Shown here piece after piece: positions 10,510-20,927 of a stretch of DNA of 64,000 nt. Positions within the stretch are counted from its first letter, which is position 1. The number at the start of each line of letters is the position of its first letter. The position numbers and the translations under genes were made by a program. This DNA is from a virus, in the IMG/VR virus record IMGVR_UViG_3300045988_130225, positions 32,001 to 96,000 of that record; one strand, 5' to 3'. The notes beneath the pieces were generated by a model, which saw nothing but the letters and a program-made list of their open reading frames with translations, had not been told where the DNA came from and did no database searches.

Positions 10510-13500
10510 TTAATCTCTCCTTCCACCCATCTGTAATGCTCTGTTTTTTAAATTCTTTAATTCGTCAATAAATGATTGTGCGTTGGTAACATTTGGTAAT
10601 GTAAGATTTTCAAAAGCGTAGTTATAAATAGGTGCAGACTGTCCACCCATTTTTCCTACAATACTGTTTAACCATTGTGTAGGTGAGAATTTACCAAGTT
10701 GCATAAGATTCTCAGTCAAATGATTAGGAATAATACCGTCACCCTCATTAGACCTTGAACCAAGAACTCTTAATTCTCGACCTTTTTCACCAACCATAGA
10801 TAAACCATAACCTTTTGTTGTACCGTTTGCATAAGCCCCCGGGCCATGTGAAGTATCATCTTCATACCAGTTATCACCACCAGACCCATGAGAATATTCA
10901 GGTTCTTTATCAGTCCAATGTTCTTCTGGGTCAAGTTCGTCACCAAATTCTTCATCATCATCATCATCGTAACTTTTATATCTTGTCTTAAGTGTACTCA
11001 TTATTTCATTATATCTATCTACATAATCTTGAAGATTACCAAGACGTTTCTCCCAGTTTTCACCCTCTAAACTAATGCCTAATACTTGTTCAGCAAGAAG
11101 TTTATTCTGTTCAGTTGTATAATTATCTGTAACATTTCCCCATTCATCTTTATACTTTTGCCAATACTTTATCTGTTCTTCAACTGAATTAATTGTAGCG
11201 TCACGAATATCTTCTAATCGTTTTATCTCTTTCTTGGTGTCTTGCTCTTTCTTATATTGTGTAAGAGCAGTTTTAGCTTCGTCTACAGCAGATTGGTCTG
11301 TTTCGTAAACAAAACCTTGTCCCTCTCTATATATTCTTACTTTCTTTTGTTGTGCTTTTGCTAAAGCATCTAACTTTTCTTGTAGTTCAATTTCGTCATT
11401 TGTTGCATCGTTCTTTTCGTTTATTTTGTCAATCTCAGCATCGTACTGGTCTTGAATAGCTTGTTTTCTTTCGTTAAGTGCATCAATTTCTTTTTGCGCT
11501 AATGAAGCAACATAACTAAACGCTGTTTCCAGATTAGATTGTTGTTCCTCATACCAAGCCTTTTCTTCCTCCCACTCTTCTTTACGTGCTTTCTTACGCT
11601 TTTCTGCTTCTTGCTCTGCTTTTCTTGTATTTTCTTCTTCAAGTTTATTACGTCCAGAATAAATCTCTTCTTCAATTTTCCAACGTTGCTCTGCGTATTT
11701 TTCTTCATTACTATAGAACTCTTTCATTAATTCTTCAAGTTCGTCATAGTATTCCTGTTCAGAAATCATATCCATAGCAAGTTGATGTTTTAAGAGGTTA
11801 TAACGCTCAGTATAAGCCGCATCATGGGCTTTTGTCATACCGTCTAAGGCTTTCTCATGATACTTGTTATATTCATCCTCATACCCCTCTTTATCTTTGT
11901 AGTATTTATTTGTAAGTTCTTCAAGCTGTTCATAATACCATTTATCTGTAGCGGCATTATCTTTCATTGAAGCCTTTTGTTTATCTAAAGTAGCAAGTTC
12001 TTTTTCAAATGCTTCTTTATATGCTTTAGCGTCTGCTTTTGCTTGTTTTTCTGCATCTGAGGTTGAGGATTTCTTAGAACCACCGCCACCTTTACCAGAT
12101 TTGCCACCAGATGTAGACGGTTTAAACTGTAATCCTTTTCTCAATTCCTCTAAAAGTTTTTGATTTTGTTGATTACGGTAAGCTTGAACTTGTGCGTCAA
12201 ATCCTTCTGAGTAAGATTGAACACCAACACCGCTACTGCCTGTTCTAGCTTTTGGTGCGGCACCAGATACAGCATCTAAACTAGAAGCAAATTGTAAAAT
12301 TCCTTGCGCTCCTTGTGCAAATTGGTTACCTGTTGTTATAGCCGTATTACCAATCGTTGTTAAATAAGGATTTGCTTGTGAACTTGCTGTTCCCACTTGT
12401 TGAATAGAAGTTCCTAAATTATCAGAACCTTGTTTCCCTATTTCTGCGTTTGTGCCAACTTTTTGCTCACTTTCACTAAAAGTATCTAATCCTTGTGAAC
12501 TAGAAATAGCAGAAATCCCACTTTCAGTAAAGCTTTGTGCCATTGACATTAAAGAAGCATCGTTAACAACTAATTGACCATTTACCATTTGTAAAGAATT
12601 AAGATATTCTGGGTTTAAAGATAATAAATCAGCCATTGTATCTATTGTAACACTACCAGTTTTATTGTATTCGTCTGCTACTTCATGTAAAGTATCATAA
12701 GCGTCTTGAACACCTTTTAATTCTGATGTAAGACTTTTAATAGCTTCTTCAAATTCTTCTGTTTGAGAAGCGGCTTCACCTGCATCTTCACCATATTGAT
12801 TTACGCCATCAGCGGCTTCTTTTGCTTTATCACCATTATCTTGTAATTCAATTCCTAATGCTTTTGCAAAATCTGGAAATTGCGTAGCAACAACTTCATC
12901 TAATGCTTCTTTAAATAACGGAATCTGCGAATTATTTTTAAGCAACGCATTGTATACACTTTCAAAAGAACTAAGACTATCATATTGAGTATTTATAAAA
13001 GATTGCGTCTTTTTATCAACATCAACCGTTGCATCAGCGGCTTCTCTTGTAAGTGTAGCAGTTTTATTATATTTATCCTCTAATTCAACAAGAGTATTAC
13101 TTAAGAACGCTAAAGTTTGCTGATGTAATTTTGTTTGATTATCTTCTTGTTGCATTGCGGTAATAGTAGTGTTTAAATCCGCTATTAATTCTTTATAACC
13201 ACCTGCCGCTTCATAAACGCCTTCACCCAAACTCTTTGTATATTTATTATAAAACGCCTTAAAAGATTCACTGGATTCAGTATCAGAGGTAAATTTCAAA
13301 GGAATATAAAACGAAGTTCTATTTAACATATCCTGTGTTGCTTTTTGCGCTTTCTGAATTTCAGCTTGATTTCTGTTCAAAAAATCTTGTGATTTTTCAG
13401 CATTTTCTTTACTAAGTAAATCTAAACCTTCTGCTCTTGTTCCGTTCAAATTTGATAGTGCTTCTTCTTCAACACCATAAGCCTTAGCAAGTTTGGAAAT

Positions 13501-15174
13501 TGTAGATTTCAATTTCTGCTTATCTTCATCTTCGTTGCTTGCGGCATCTTTAGCATTAATATATTCAAGTCTTAAATTATAAAGATTTTTTCTTTCATCT
13601 TCAAAACTACTACCTGCTTGTTCTGCGGCTCTTCTTGCGTTTTCTTGTTGAGTATTATAATAACCATAAGCGGCTACAAGTCCAGTAACAACAAGTGATA
13701 CTGCACCTAAACTTGCAGTTAATAAACTACCTGCACCTGCCATAGCCGTAAATCCTTGTGCTAAAGAACCTGTAGCGGCATAAGCATAATCAAATTTAGC
13801 AATCATGTCTAAAACATTTGTAGATATTTTTGCTATCATTTCTGGTACTTTATGTCCATTAAGAGTAATAAAAGCACCTGTAATAGCAGTAAGTACAGTG
13901 GGCATACCGCCTAAATCATTAATAAGTTTTAATACTTGCGTACCAAATTCTACAAGGCGTTTTACACTATCTGAAGAAATACCCTCAGTCCAAAACTTTT
14001 CTAATTCAGATGTGAACTGAGATACTTTACCTTGAATAGAATCAAGATAACGTGCGTTTTCTTTAAGTGCTGAACCTTGGGAGTCTAAAGCTATTTTATA
14101 AGCTTCTGTAGCCGAATTAAGGTTTAGCATAACCGAGTTAAATACAGAAAATTGGTTCTTACCTGCCAACGCCAAACCCAGTGATTGCTTTTCAGCTTGT
14201 GACATATCATCCCAACTGGATTTTAAATCTTGAAAAACTTGATATGTACTTTTCATTTCTCCTGTAGATTTATCAAATAAATCTATGGATTTTGTCACAC
14301 CTTGTACTTTAAAACTTAATTCACCTGCTTCATTAGCGGCTTTTGCTATATTGTTTCCTATTGTAGTTAATCCCCTTGCAACCTGTGCGCTTCTTCCTGT
14401 AAGTATTTCTGTACCTGAGGTGATTAACGCTATAGATTGCTCAAAATCGTTGCCTAATACGGAAAGACCTGCACCTGCTACAGTAAGACCTTTTGCTAAA
14501 TCATTAGTTCCAACAGCCATGTTATTAGCAACCTCATTAGTGACATCTATGATATGTTGAGCATCTTCCGCTGTCATATTAAATGCTTTCATCTGAGAGT
14601 TCACAAAACTTGCACTATCTCCTGCTGAAATTGCAGTATCCGCAATATTCTGGAACATAGTTGCTACTTTTCCTAATTGTAAACTTTCTTGGTCTGAATA
14701 ACCCATTTTCTTGAACTGAGTTCCTGCTTCTATAAATTCAGTAGCACTTTTTCCTACTTCAAGACCCATTTCTCTTGCTGTGCTTACAAAACTTTTCATT
14801 CCCTCGTCTGTTAAATCAGACACTTTCTTATATTCAGTAACAGCCGCATCTAATTCCCTAACAGCATCTACACCTTCCATTAACGATTGTCTTAACTCAT
14901 TAATAACAAGTGTTACACCACCAAACTTAGACACCTTAGTAAATATATCACCAATACTTTGAGAAGTTTTTTCTGCACTTGTAGATGTATCATCAAATCC
15001 AACTTTTAATCCTTTAAGTCCACTTAACGCATCGTTAAGTTTACTTGTATCAACATCAATGCCAACTTTCATAGTTGCATATTTTTGACTTATCTTATCT
15101 AATTGTGCTTGAATATTTTTTGCGTCCAATACTGCGTTTACAAGTATTTGAAAATCTCTACTATTCAATGCCAT
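10510..15174 (-). CDS. Tail tape measure protein
   Basis: 1554 aa, longest ORF, VDAVREL / AANEAGELSFKV core, coiled-coil and hydrophobic stretches; position after tail chaperones. Confidence 0.9.
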   Translation of the reverse strand: MALNSRDFQILVNAVLDAKNIQAQLDKISQKYATMKVGIDVDTSKLNDALSGLKGLKVGFDDTSTSAEKTSQSIGDIFTKVSKFGGVTLVINELRQSLMEGVDAVRELDAAVTEYKKVSDLTDEGMKSFVSTAREMGLEVGKSATEFIEAGTQFKKMGYSDQESLQLGKVATMFQNIADTAISAGDSASFVNSQMKAFNMTAEDAQHIIDVTNEVANNMAVGTNDLAKGLTVAGAGLSVLGNDFEQSIALITSGTEILTGRSAQVARGLTTIGNNIAKAANEAGELSFKVQGVTKSIDLFDKSTGEMKSTYQVFQDLKSSWDDMSQAEKQSLGLALAGKNQFSVFNSVMLNLNSATEAYKIALDSQGSALKENARYLDSIQGKVSQFTSELEKFWTEGISSDSVKRLVEFGTQVLKLINDLGGMPTVLTAITGAFITLNGHKVPEMIAKISTNVLDMIAKFDYAYAATGSLAQGFTAMAGAGSLLTASLGAVSLVVTGLVAAYGYYNTQQENARRAAEQAGSSFEDERKNLYNLRLEYINAKDAASNEDEDKQKLKSTISKLAKAYGVEEEALSNLNGTRAEGLDLLSKENAEKSQDFLNRNQAEIQKAQKATQDMLNRTSFYIPLKFTSDTESSESFKAFYNKYTKSLGEGVYEAAGGYKELIADLNTTITAMQQEDNQTKLHQQTLAFLSNTLVELEDKYNKTATLTREAADATVDVDKKTQSFINTQYDSLSSFESVYNALLKNNSQIPLFKEALDEVVATQFPDFAKALGIELQDNGDKAKEAADGVNQYGEDAGEAASQTEEFEEAIKSLTSELKGVQDAYDTLHEVADEYNKTGSVTIDTMADLLSLNPEYLNSLQMVNGQLVVNDASLMSMAQSFTESGISAISSSQGLDTFSESEQKVGTNAEIGKQGSDNLGTSIQQVGTASSQANPYLTTIGNTAITTGNQFAQGAQGILQFASSLDAVSGAAPKARTGSSGVGVQSYSEGFDAQVQAYRNQQNQKLLEELRKGLQFKPSTSGGKSGKGGGGSKKSSTSDAEKQAKADAKAYKEAFEKELATLDKQKASMKDNAATDKWYYEQLEELTNKYYKDKEGYEDEYNKYHEKALDGMTKAHDAAYTERYNLLKHQLAMDMISEQEYYDELEELMKEFYSNEEKYAEQRWKIEEEIYSGRNKLEEENTRKAEQEAEKRKKARKEEWEEEKAWYEEQQSNLETAFSYVASLAQKEIDALNERKQAIQDQYDAEIDKINEKNDATNDEIELQEKLDALAKAQQKKVRIYREGQGFVYETDQSAVDEAKTALTQYKKEQDTKKEIKRLEDIRDATINSVEEQIKYWQKYKDEWGNVTDNYTTEQNKLLAEQVLGISLEGENWEKRLGNLQDYVDRYNEIMSTLKTRYKSYDDDDDEEFGDELDPEEHWTDKEPEYSHGSGGDNWYEDDTSHGPGAYANGTTKGYGLSMVGEKGRELRVLGSRSNEGDGIIPNHLTENLMQLGKFSPTQWLNSIVGKMGGQSAPIYNYAFENLTLPNVTNAQSFIDELKNLKNRALQMGGRRD

Positions 15175-15177
15175 TAT

Positions 15178-15762
15178 TTACATGCACCTACCTTTCTTGG
15201 CGTTTATATTTGGCTTCTTACCAAATCCCTTACTTATTTCAGTAGGTTTAATCTGTGACCATGCTATTCCAATAGCATCTCCAATATCATCATCATTTTT
15301 CACGCTTTTAGGTTTATCTAAATCATAAAACAATTCCAACCCAAAAATATGATTGACTTTTTCTATAGTTTTCCATTTCATTACTGGGCGTTTAGTTCCA
15401 TCTCTAGTACCATCATAAACACCCAAATCACTACGCCATTTACTAGGCATAAGAAATTCTATTTTTACATTATGTACTGCACAAACACCTAATACAATTC
15501 CTTGTAACACTGATAATTGTTTTACTGTTTGTACATTATTACCACATTCACCACTTAAAATTGTATCTTCACAATAAATAAAAAATGGGGAATAAGTGTC
15601 CAATAGCGTGGATAACTCATTCCCCATATATATACAACGTTCTCTCCAAGCTATCTCTTGCTTCTGTTTCCAAACGCCAAATTTAATCAATTTACCATTT
15701 TTAAAAACTGAATATCCAGAACTTTTCGTTGACATATCCAGTCCAATTACAACATTTTCCAT
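15178..15762 (-). CDS. RuvC/RNase H-fold Holliday junction resolvase-like nuclease
   Basis: 194 aa; GLDMSTKSSGYSV, FIYCEDTIL and NDDDIGDAIGIA acidic motifs. Confidence 0.7.
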   Translation of the reverse strand: MENVVIGLDMSTKSSGYSVFKNGKLIKFGVWKQKQEIAWRERCIYMGNELSTLLDTYSPFFIYCEDTILSGECGNNVQTVKQLSVLQGIVLGVCAVHNVKIEFLMPSKWRSDLGVYDGTRDGTKRPVMKWKTIEKVNHIFGLELFYDLDKPKSVKNDDDIGDAIGIAWSQIKPTEISKGFGKKPNINAKKGRCM

Positions 15763-15782
15763 ATAATCCTCTTTTCCAAATT

Positions 15783-16292
15783 TTACCAGAAAGAGGATAT
15801 ATTTTTGCCTCTTCCTACACTTCTACACTGTATTCCTTGTTTTTGCATACCCTCAATGAACCATTTCTTTAATTCGCCTTTGTTCAACTGTTCAATTAGT
15901 GGTGTCCAAGCATCTCTTGGTTTGCACCACCAACCGTATCCAAACAAATCACCACCAAGACCTTGATATATAATTCCAGTTAATTCATCTCTTACATCAC
16001 CATAAGTAGTATATAAACTACCATGCTGAAACATTTCTGGATTATAAGACATAAAAGTAGGGTCTTGAGATAAAATCCCAGACCCACCTTTGCTTGTTTT
16101 TTGTGAATTTGTTTGCCAACTTTCCAGAAACTCATATGTTCTTTCATACTCTTCTGGCATATGTGTATATACAATCTGATTGATTAATTCTTTGTATTTT
16201 ATAATCATTTGTTGCATTACATATTCAACAGCTTTAAAAACTGGTTCATTGTACAAGGAATAAAACTCAGCTACATTTTTAGCATAAGCCAT
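15783..16292 (-). CDS. Probable tail assembly protein
   Basis: 169 aa ORF directly upstream of resolvase/tape measure. Confidence 0.4.
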   Translation of the reverse strand: MAYAKNVAEFYSLYNEPVFKAVEYVMQQMIIKYKELINQIVYTHMPEEYERTYEFLESWQTNSQKTSKGGSGILSQDPTFMSYNPEMFQHGSLYTTYGDVRDELTGIIYQGLGGDLFGYGWWCKPRDAWTPLIEQLNKGELKKWFIEGMQKQGIQCRSVGRGKNISSFW

Positions 16293-16301
16293 TTTACTTT
16301 A

Positions 16302-16751
16302 TCACTTCTTTCCAAACGCTTCAACCAACTTTTTACTGTCTGCTAACATATCCTCAATCTGCTTATTATTAGGCATTTTCTTAGCATATTTATCTAAAGT
16401 CTTATTCAACTGTTCTAAAAATTTATTTACATTAGTTCTGATTGATAATTCATCTTCTACATAATCGTCAATTTCACTAACGTTAAACACATCAAAATTC
16501 ACAGTTTCAATAATTCCAGATTTAACAAGCATATCATAATCTTTAGCAATTTCCTCTGGAATATCAGTCATTAACTTAACAAGCATTGTATTTTTAATAA
16601 CATTTCTCTCAACAGCATTTGAACACTTTAACATATTATTTCCAATAAGTTCAACCTGTTCTGGTGTTAAATAGTGTTTTACTGTATATTTTTCACCTTT
16701 TTTGTCCTCGGTATAAGGAATTGTTATCACTTTTTCTTCTAAATTAATCAT
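16302..16751 (-). CDS. Probable tail assembly chaperone
   Basis: ORF 16302..16814, likely start MINLEEKVITIPYTEDKK at 16751; size and position. Confidence 0.45.
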   Translation of the reverse strand: MINLEEKVITIPYTEDKKGEKYTVKHYLTPEQVELIGNNMLKCSNAVERNVIKNTMLVKLMTDIPEEIAKDYDMLVKSGIIETVNFDVFNVSEIDDYVEDELSIRTNVNKFLEQLNKTLDKYAKKMPNNKQIEDMLADSKKLVEAFGKK

Positions 16752-16878
16752 TTTATTCCATTCCTTTCGTTTTATTCCATAATCTATGTACAAGGGTGTA
16801 ACGAAACGTGACACCCTTTCAAAAAGTTTACCCTACCAATTTATCATACAATCCATTCAAGCCAATGTCGCCCTATTT

Positions 16879-17148
16879 TTACTTATCAGTAACCACTTTC
16901 TTTGCAACTTGGTCTACCCATGTAGAAGCCATTCCAGACACAATACCAATAGCAACAGCCGTCATAATATCGTCAGCAGGAAAATCAACCATATATCTAT
17001 AACCTAAAACACCTGCAATTCCACCAATCAATCCAACAATCGGCAAAATTTTATTATTATCTAACTTAGTATAATTTTTAACAAACTGTCCTGCAAGATA
17101 AGCAATAACTACAATTACAGGTACACTTACAATTCCGAAATCTGGCAT
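16879..17148 (-). CDS. Phage holin-like membrane protein
   Basis: 89 aa; VPVIVVIAYLAGQFVKN...ILPIVGLIGGIAGVLGY...GIVSGMASTWVDQVAKK, multiple TM segments. Confidence 0.7.
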   Translation of the reverse strand: MPDFGIVSVPVIVVIAYLAGQFVKNYTKLDNNKILPIVGLIGGIAGVLGYRYMVDFPADDIMTAVAIGIVSGMASTWVDQVAKKVVTDK

Positions 17149-17163
17149 AATATCAAGTCCTTT

Positions 17164-17544
17164 CTATTTGAATCCGTATTTAGTTGCTAATATATATCCT
17201 ACAAAAGATATTGCAATAATTATTGTGGGAAAATTTTTCTTTATGTATTCCATAATATTAAAATTGGATTCTTCTTTAATTTTATTAAAATCCGTTTTAA
17301 TATCGTTTACTTGAAGTTTAACGTCTGAAACGTCACTTTGTAAAGAAATCATTGTAATTTTAATATCTTGAATAGTTTCATTTAAAGCAGTATTAGTTTT
17401 TACAACTTGTTCTGATAATTGCTGAATAAATTTATGACTTTCTTGAAGTCTGGTAATATCTTGTGTATGTTCATCTACTTTTAACTTAACTTCTCTTAAA
17501 TCCTCTTTAATTTCATGTGCTGTCATATCTTCCACAAATCTCAC
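17164..17544 (-). CDS. XhlA/haemolysin-like coiled-coil protein with C-terminal TM
   Basis: 126 aa; long heptad region and C-terminal FPTIIIAISFVGYILATKYG. Confidence 0.55.
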   Translation of the reverse strand: MRFVEDMTAHEIKEDLREVKLKVDEHTQDITRLQESHKFIQQLSEQVVKTNTALNETIQDIKITMISLQSDVSDVKLQVNDIKTDFNKIKEESNFNIMEYIKKNFPTIIIAISFVGYILATKYGFK

Positions 17545-17602
17545 CTACTTTACCATAAAATACCCTTCTTTCTTTTTTATCCGTCCATTCATTTCATTCC
17601 AA

Positions 17603-17977
17603 TTAATCACCACAAAGGTTAGCAAATACAATACCAGTAATTGCTCTCAAATCAGCCTTATTCAAAGTTCCAATATAGTTCTTAAACCTTGACTTATCCA
17701 CAGCACGAATTTGTTCAGCACAAGCAACGCTATCATCTACAAGAAATTTATTTTTTTCTTTAGATAATGTATAGTGTGTAAGCAAATCTTCTCTTTTAAC
17801 TTTAGAAGTTAAAGGTACTATGATTATGGTAGGGCTATAAAAATTTCCAGTATCATTCTGTAAAATTAATACTGGTCTTACTCCGCCTTGTTCTGAACCT
17901 TGGGTATTCCTTAAATCAGCATAATAAACTTCCCCTCTTTTGAATGTTCTTGCGTTATTGTTTATTGTTGTAAACAT
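17603..17977 (-). CDS. MazF/PemK-like endoribonuclease toxin
   Basis: KRGEVYYADLRNTQGSEQGGVRPVLILQND...PTIIIVPLTSK...IRAVDKSRFKNYIGTL. Confidence 0.85.
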   Translation of the reverse strand: MFTTINNNARTFKRGEVYYADLRNTQGSEQGGVRPVLILQNDTGNFYSPTIIIVPLTSKVKREDLLTHYTLSKEKNKFLVDDSVACAEQIRAVDKSRFKNYIGTLNKADLRAITGIVFANLCGD

Positions 17978-18029
17978 ATTCAGTTCTCCTTATGTACTAT
18001 ATTTTTATATAACTTTCATATAATATATA

Positions 18030-18053
18030 TAGCACTTTTTATTTACAAAGTCA
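18030..18053 (-). promoter_or_regulatory. Sigma70-like promoter (TTGACT ... TATATA) upstream of the MazF-like gene
   Basis: Direct minus-strand reading. Confidence 0.45.
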
Positions 18054-18059
18054 ATACTT

Positions 18060-18407
18060 TTATTTACCATAACCCTTATTTTTATTAATACCATACCCAT
18101 TTTTTGTCTTATATAAAGTAACATATTTAGGTACAAAATTAAAAGGATTTTTCAATGTAATCACCATATTGTTCTCAACTTCAATATACAATTCGCCTTT
18201 CTTTTCAAAACGAACCCTTGAAGCCTTTTCTGGAACAATATATTCACTTTTTAACCTACAAGTATCTTGACTTGGTAATGGTTTCCAACAATCTGATATA
18301 TTGCACCAACGAACAAAAGGACAAATATTACCATTTTGTCTTTTACATAAAACCCTATTTCTATTATCTATTTTGCCAATATATGAATCTGGACACAAAA
18401 TAATCAC
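18060..18407 (-). CDS. Hypothetical cysteine-containing protein
   Basis: 115 aa ORF. Confidence 0.4.
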   Translation of the reverse strand: MIILCPDSYIGKIDNRNRVLCKRQNGNICPFVRWCNISDCWKPLPSQDTCRLKSEYIVPEKASRVRFEKKGELYIEVENNMVITLKNPFNFVPKYVTLYKTKNGYGINKNKGYGK

Positions 18408-18489
18408 TTCCTTTACAGCAAAATTTAAAATATGTAAAATGCGTAGAGCATATCACCCTACGCATATAGATACAAGCCAGTAACAGAGA

Positions 18490-19536
18490 TTAACCGACAG
18501 TTACGTTAGCATAGCCTTCAACTGCTTGATTCTTAGTAAGAACAGCGTGGATAGTGGTTGTACCAGTTGCTACGCCCTCTACCTCACCAGTTGCGTCATC
18601 TACTTTAGCTGTACCAACAGCACCACTTGTAAAAGTAACAGCAGTTGGGTCTACTAACTTAGGCAGAGCATTTCTGATAAGAGCATAAACCTTAATGGTT
18701 TCTTTCTCAGCTACTTGTAAATCAATATCAGCCGGAGTTAAAGCTAATGCGTAAGCATCATTTTCCCACTGAGCAGTGGACAGAATTTCCTTAATAGTAC
18801 CATAAATAGCTTCGTCACTACAACTAGAGGTTTCAGCAGAAGCCAGAGCAGAACCATTAAGAGGTGTGTTAGCCGCACCAGTCATACTCATAGAAATCTC
18901 CTGTGAACCGTTTAACATTAAACGTGGAATATCAATCTGAACCTCACCGACCTTAGTAGTAGAAGCTTCATTTGGATTAGTGCTACTACCTGCAAACAAA
19001 GTACCAGTCATTACAGCATGTACAGTAGCAGGAATAAAGTTAGCACCTACTGTAAGCACTCTCATGGAATCATTGTTTACTATATACTTAACGCAATAAA
19101 CATCACCAGACATAGCACCTGCGACAGTGATAATCTTGTTGTTGAAAGTACCCTTAGTCCATGTAGAATCATTAGGTTTCTTATACCAACCAATAGTACC
19201 AAAATTACCAAATGCTACAGGAATACCTGCTACAGTAATCTGTCCTGCATCTGTTACAGTAACTTCCTCAACAGTTAAAGCACTGCCACCAATCGCAATA
19301 TCAGAACCAATGTTCTTTGCGATAAATTCAAGACGGAACATTACATCAGTAAGAGTTACGTCCATTGTGGAAGAATGTGCGTATTTACCATACAGTTTTG
19401 CACCTTGTCCACCACGAATATCTTCAAGAGATACATCAAAACTAAAAGTAGAATCTGTTAAAGTTTTTGCAGTAGCAAACAGTTCATCACCTACAAAAAG
19501 GTCAACATTTGCTACACCGGCTAAAAAAGCATCCAT
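18490..19536 (-). CDS. Major tail (tube) protein with C-terminal Ig-like (Big_2-type) domain
   Basis: 348 aa; DVSLEDIRGGQGAKLYGKYAHSSTMDVTLTD...; C-term AVTFTSGAVGTAKVDDATGEVEGVATGTTTIHAVL. Confidence 0.7.
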   Translation of the reverse strand: MDAFLAGVANVDLFVGDELFATAKTLTDSTFSFDVSLEDIRGGQGAKLYGKYAHSSTMDVTLTDVMFRLEFIAKNIGSDIAIGGSALTVEEVTVTDAGQITVAGIPVAFGNFGTIGWYKKPNDSTWTKGTFNNKIITVAGAMSGDVYCVKYIVNNDSMRVLTVGANFIPATVHAVMTGTLFAGSSTNPNEASTTKVGEVQIDIPRLMLNGSQEISMSMTGAANTPLNGSALASAETSSCSDEAIYGTIKEILSTAQWENDAYALALTPADIDLQVAEKETIKVYALIRNALPKLVDPTAVTFTSGAVGTAKVDDATGEVEGVATGTTTIHAVLTKNQAVEGYANVTVG

Positions 19537-19556
19537 TATATTACTCCTTTCATATT

Positions 19557-20357
19557 TCAGACATTTTTAAATCCTTGTCCAATATTCTTTTTATTTATAA
19601 AAGCATCTGCATATTTACCTTTCTTGTTTTTATACGCAAAATGCTCTATAGGTTTTTTAAACTTTCCACCATTTGCTTCAAAATTCTTGTTTACAATATA
19701 ATCAATTTGTTCAACAACAGCATTAAACAAAGACGTAAAGCTATAAAAAGTCATTTCAAGCAAATCTTTTTTTAACATGCCATTATGTGCTGAAATGATA
19801 GATATTTTTCTTTCTAATGTTATAGGTTCTTTATTCTTATTCACCAAGCTATAATATTCATCAATAGCTTTCTTATAATCTGGGTCTAAATCTCTTTCAT
19901 CTTCATAATCATAAATATTTTGATATTGTATTATCTGTATAATATCCTCAAAATCTTTATAATCTATGATAACTCCATTTATTTCAAGAATAAATTTACC
20001 CTTATCATCAACTTTGATTGTAAGTTGTTCTTCAATTTTATCAAGTCCAAAACACAGTTCTATAATTCTAACAAATTGCCAATATCTTATAGAGTGTTTT
20101 TCAACTTTTCCAAATAATTCTTCGCCTAAAACCATTTGCAAAAGAAATTGTAAATAAGAACTTTGAATAACTTGTATATCATTAATCGCATTTTTATCTA
20201 TTGTTAATACATTGTAACAATTTATAAAATCATTAGCATTTTTTACCGTAACTGGATATAACATTATAACTTGTTTATGTCTTGTAATATAAGGAATAGG
20301 TTCATCCATTTCAATATAACTTTCATAAGGTGCTATATCAAATTTCACTGAACACAC
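19557..20357 (-). CDS. Head-tail module hypothetical protein
   Basis: 266 aa ORF. Confidence 0.45.
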   Translation of the reverse strand: MCSVKFDIAPYESYIEMDEPIPYITRHKQVIMLYPVTVKNANDFINCYNVLTIDKNAINDIQVIQSSYLQFLLQMVLGEELFGKVEKHSIRYWQFVRIIELCFGLDKIEEQLTIKVDDKGKFILEINGVIIDYKDFEDIIQIIQYQNIYDYEDERDLDPDYKKAIDEYYSLVNKNKEPITLERKISIISAHNGMLKKDLLEMTFYSFTSLFNAVVEQIDYIVNKNFEANGGKFKKPIEHFAYKNKKGKYADAFINKKNIGQGFKNV

Positions 20358-20911
20358 CCACTTCCTACATCACCAATCTGAACAGCCATAAATATACTTG
20401 CACCATTGTAGTTTCTTGTATTATTCAAAGCCGCCCTAGACCTACAATATTGTGATAGTTCTGCGTTAAACTGAAATTGTCCAACACCGTCCATAGCATA
20501 AGAACCATTAAGTGTTTTCATAATCTCAGTTTCCATAACATCAGCCCTATTACAAGGAATACCATTATAGTCCACAATAGCAATTTTATCACCAAATAAA
20601 ACATCAAATTCATATACAACAGTACATAAATAAGGATTTATTGGATAACTGTCATACTTAAAACATTTCAATATGGTTGTTGCATCATATTGCATATTTT
20701 CAACCAAAGGATTTAAAAATATCCTATATTTTTGTTGTTGGTCTTTATTTTTATAAATCATTCCCATTTTTTCTTCAAACGTAAGATTAGGTTTGCTTAA
20801 ACAATCATAAGTACCATACTTAAGAAGTTTAAATATATTTTCATTATTTTGAGCCAATGTCATTATAATTTTATAAGGAACATATGGCAAATTTGCAAAA
20901 TTATTAAACAT
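20345..20911 (-). CDS. Head-tail connector-type protein
   Basis: 188 aa ORF in synteny. Confidence 0.4.
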   Translation of the reverse strand: MFNNFANLPYVPYKIIMTLAQNNENIFKLLKYGTYDCLSKPNLTFEEKMGMIYKNKDQQQKYRIFLNPLVENMQYDATTILKCFKYDSYPINPYLCTVVYEFDVLFGDKIAIVDYNGIPCNRADVMETEIMKTLNGSYAMDGVGQFQFNAELSQYCRSRAALNNTRNYNGASIFMAVQIGDVGSGCVQ

Positions 20912-20927
20912 TTACACATACTCCTTT

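Noticed and set aside
18060-18407. Antitoxin partner for the MazF-like toxin
   Set aside because: Not MazE-like, and it lies upstream across a separate promoter
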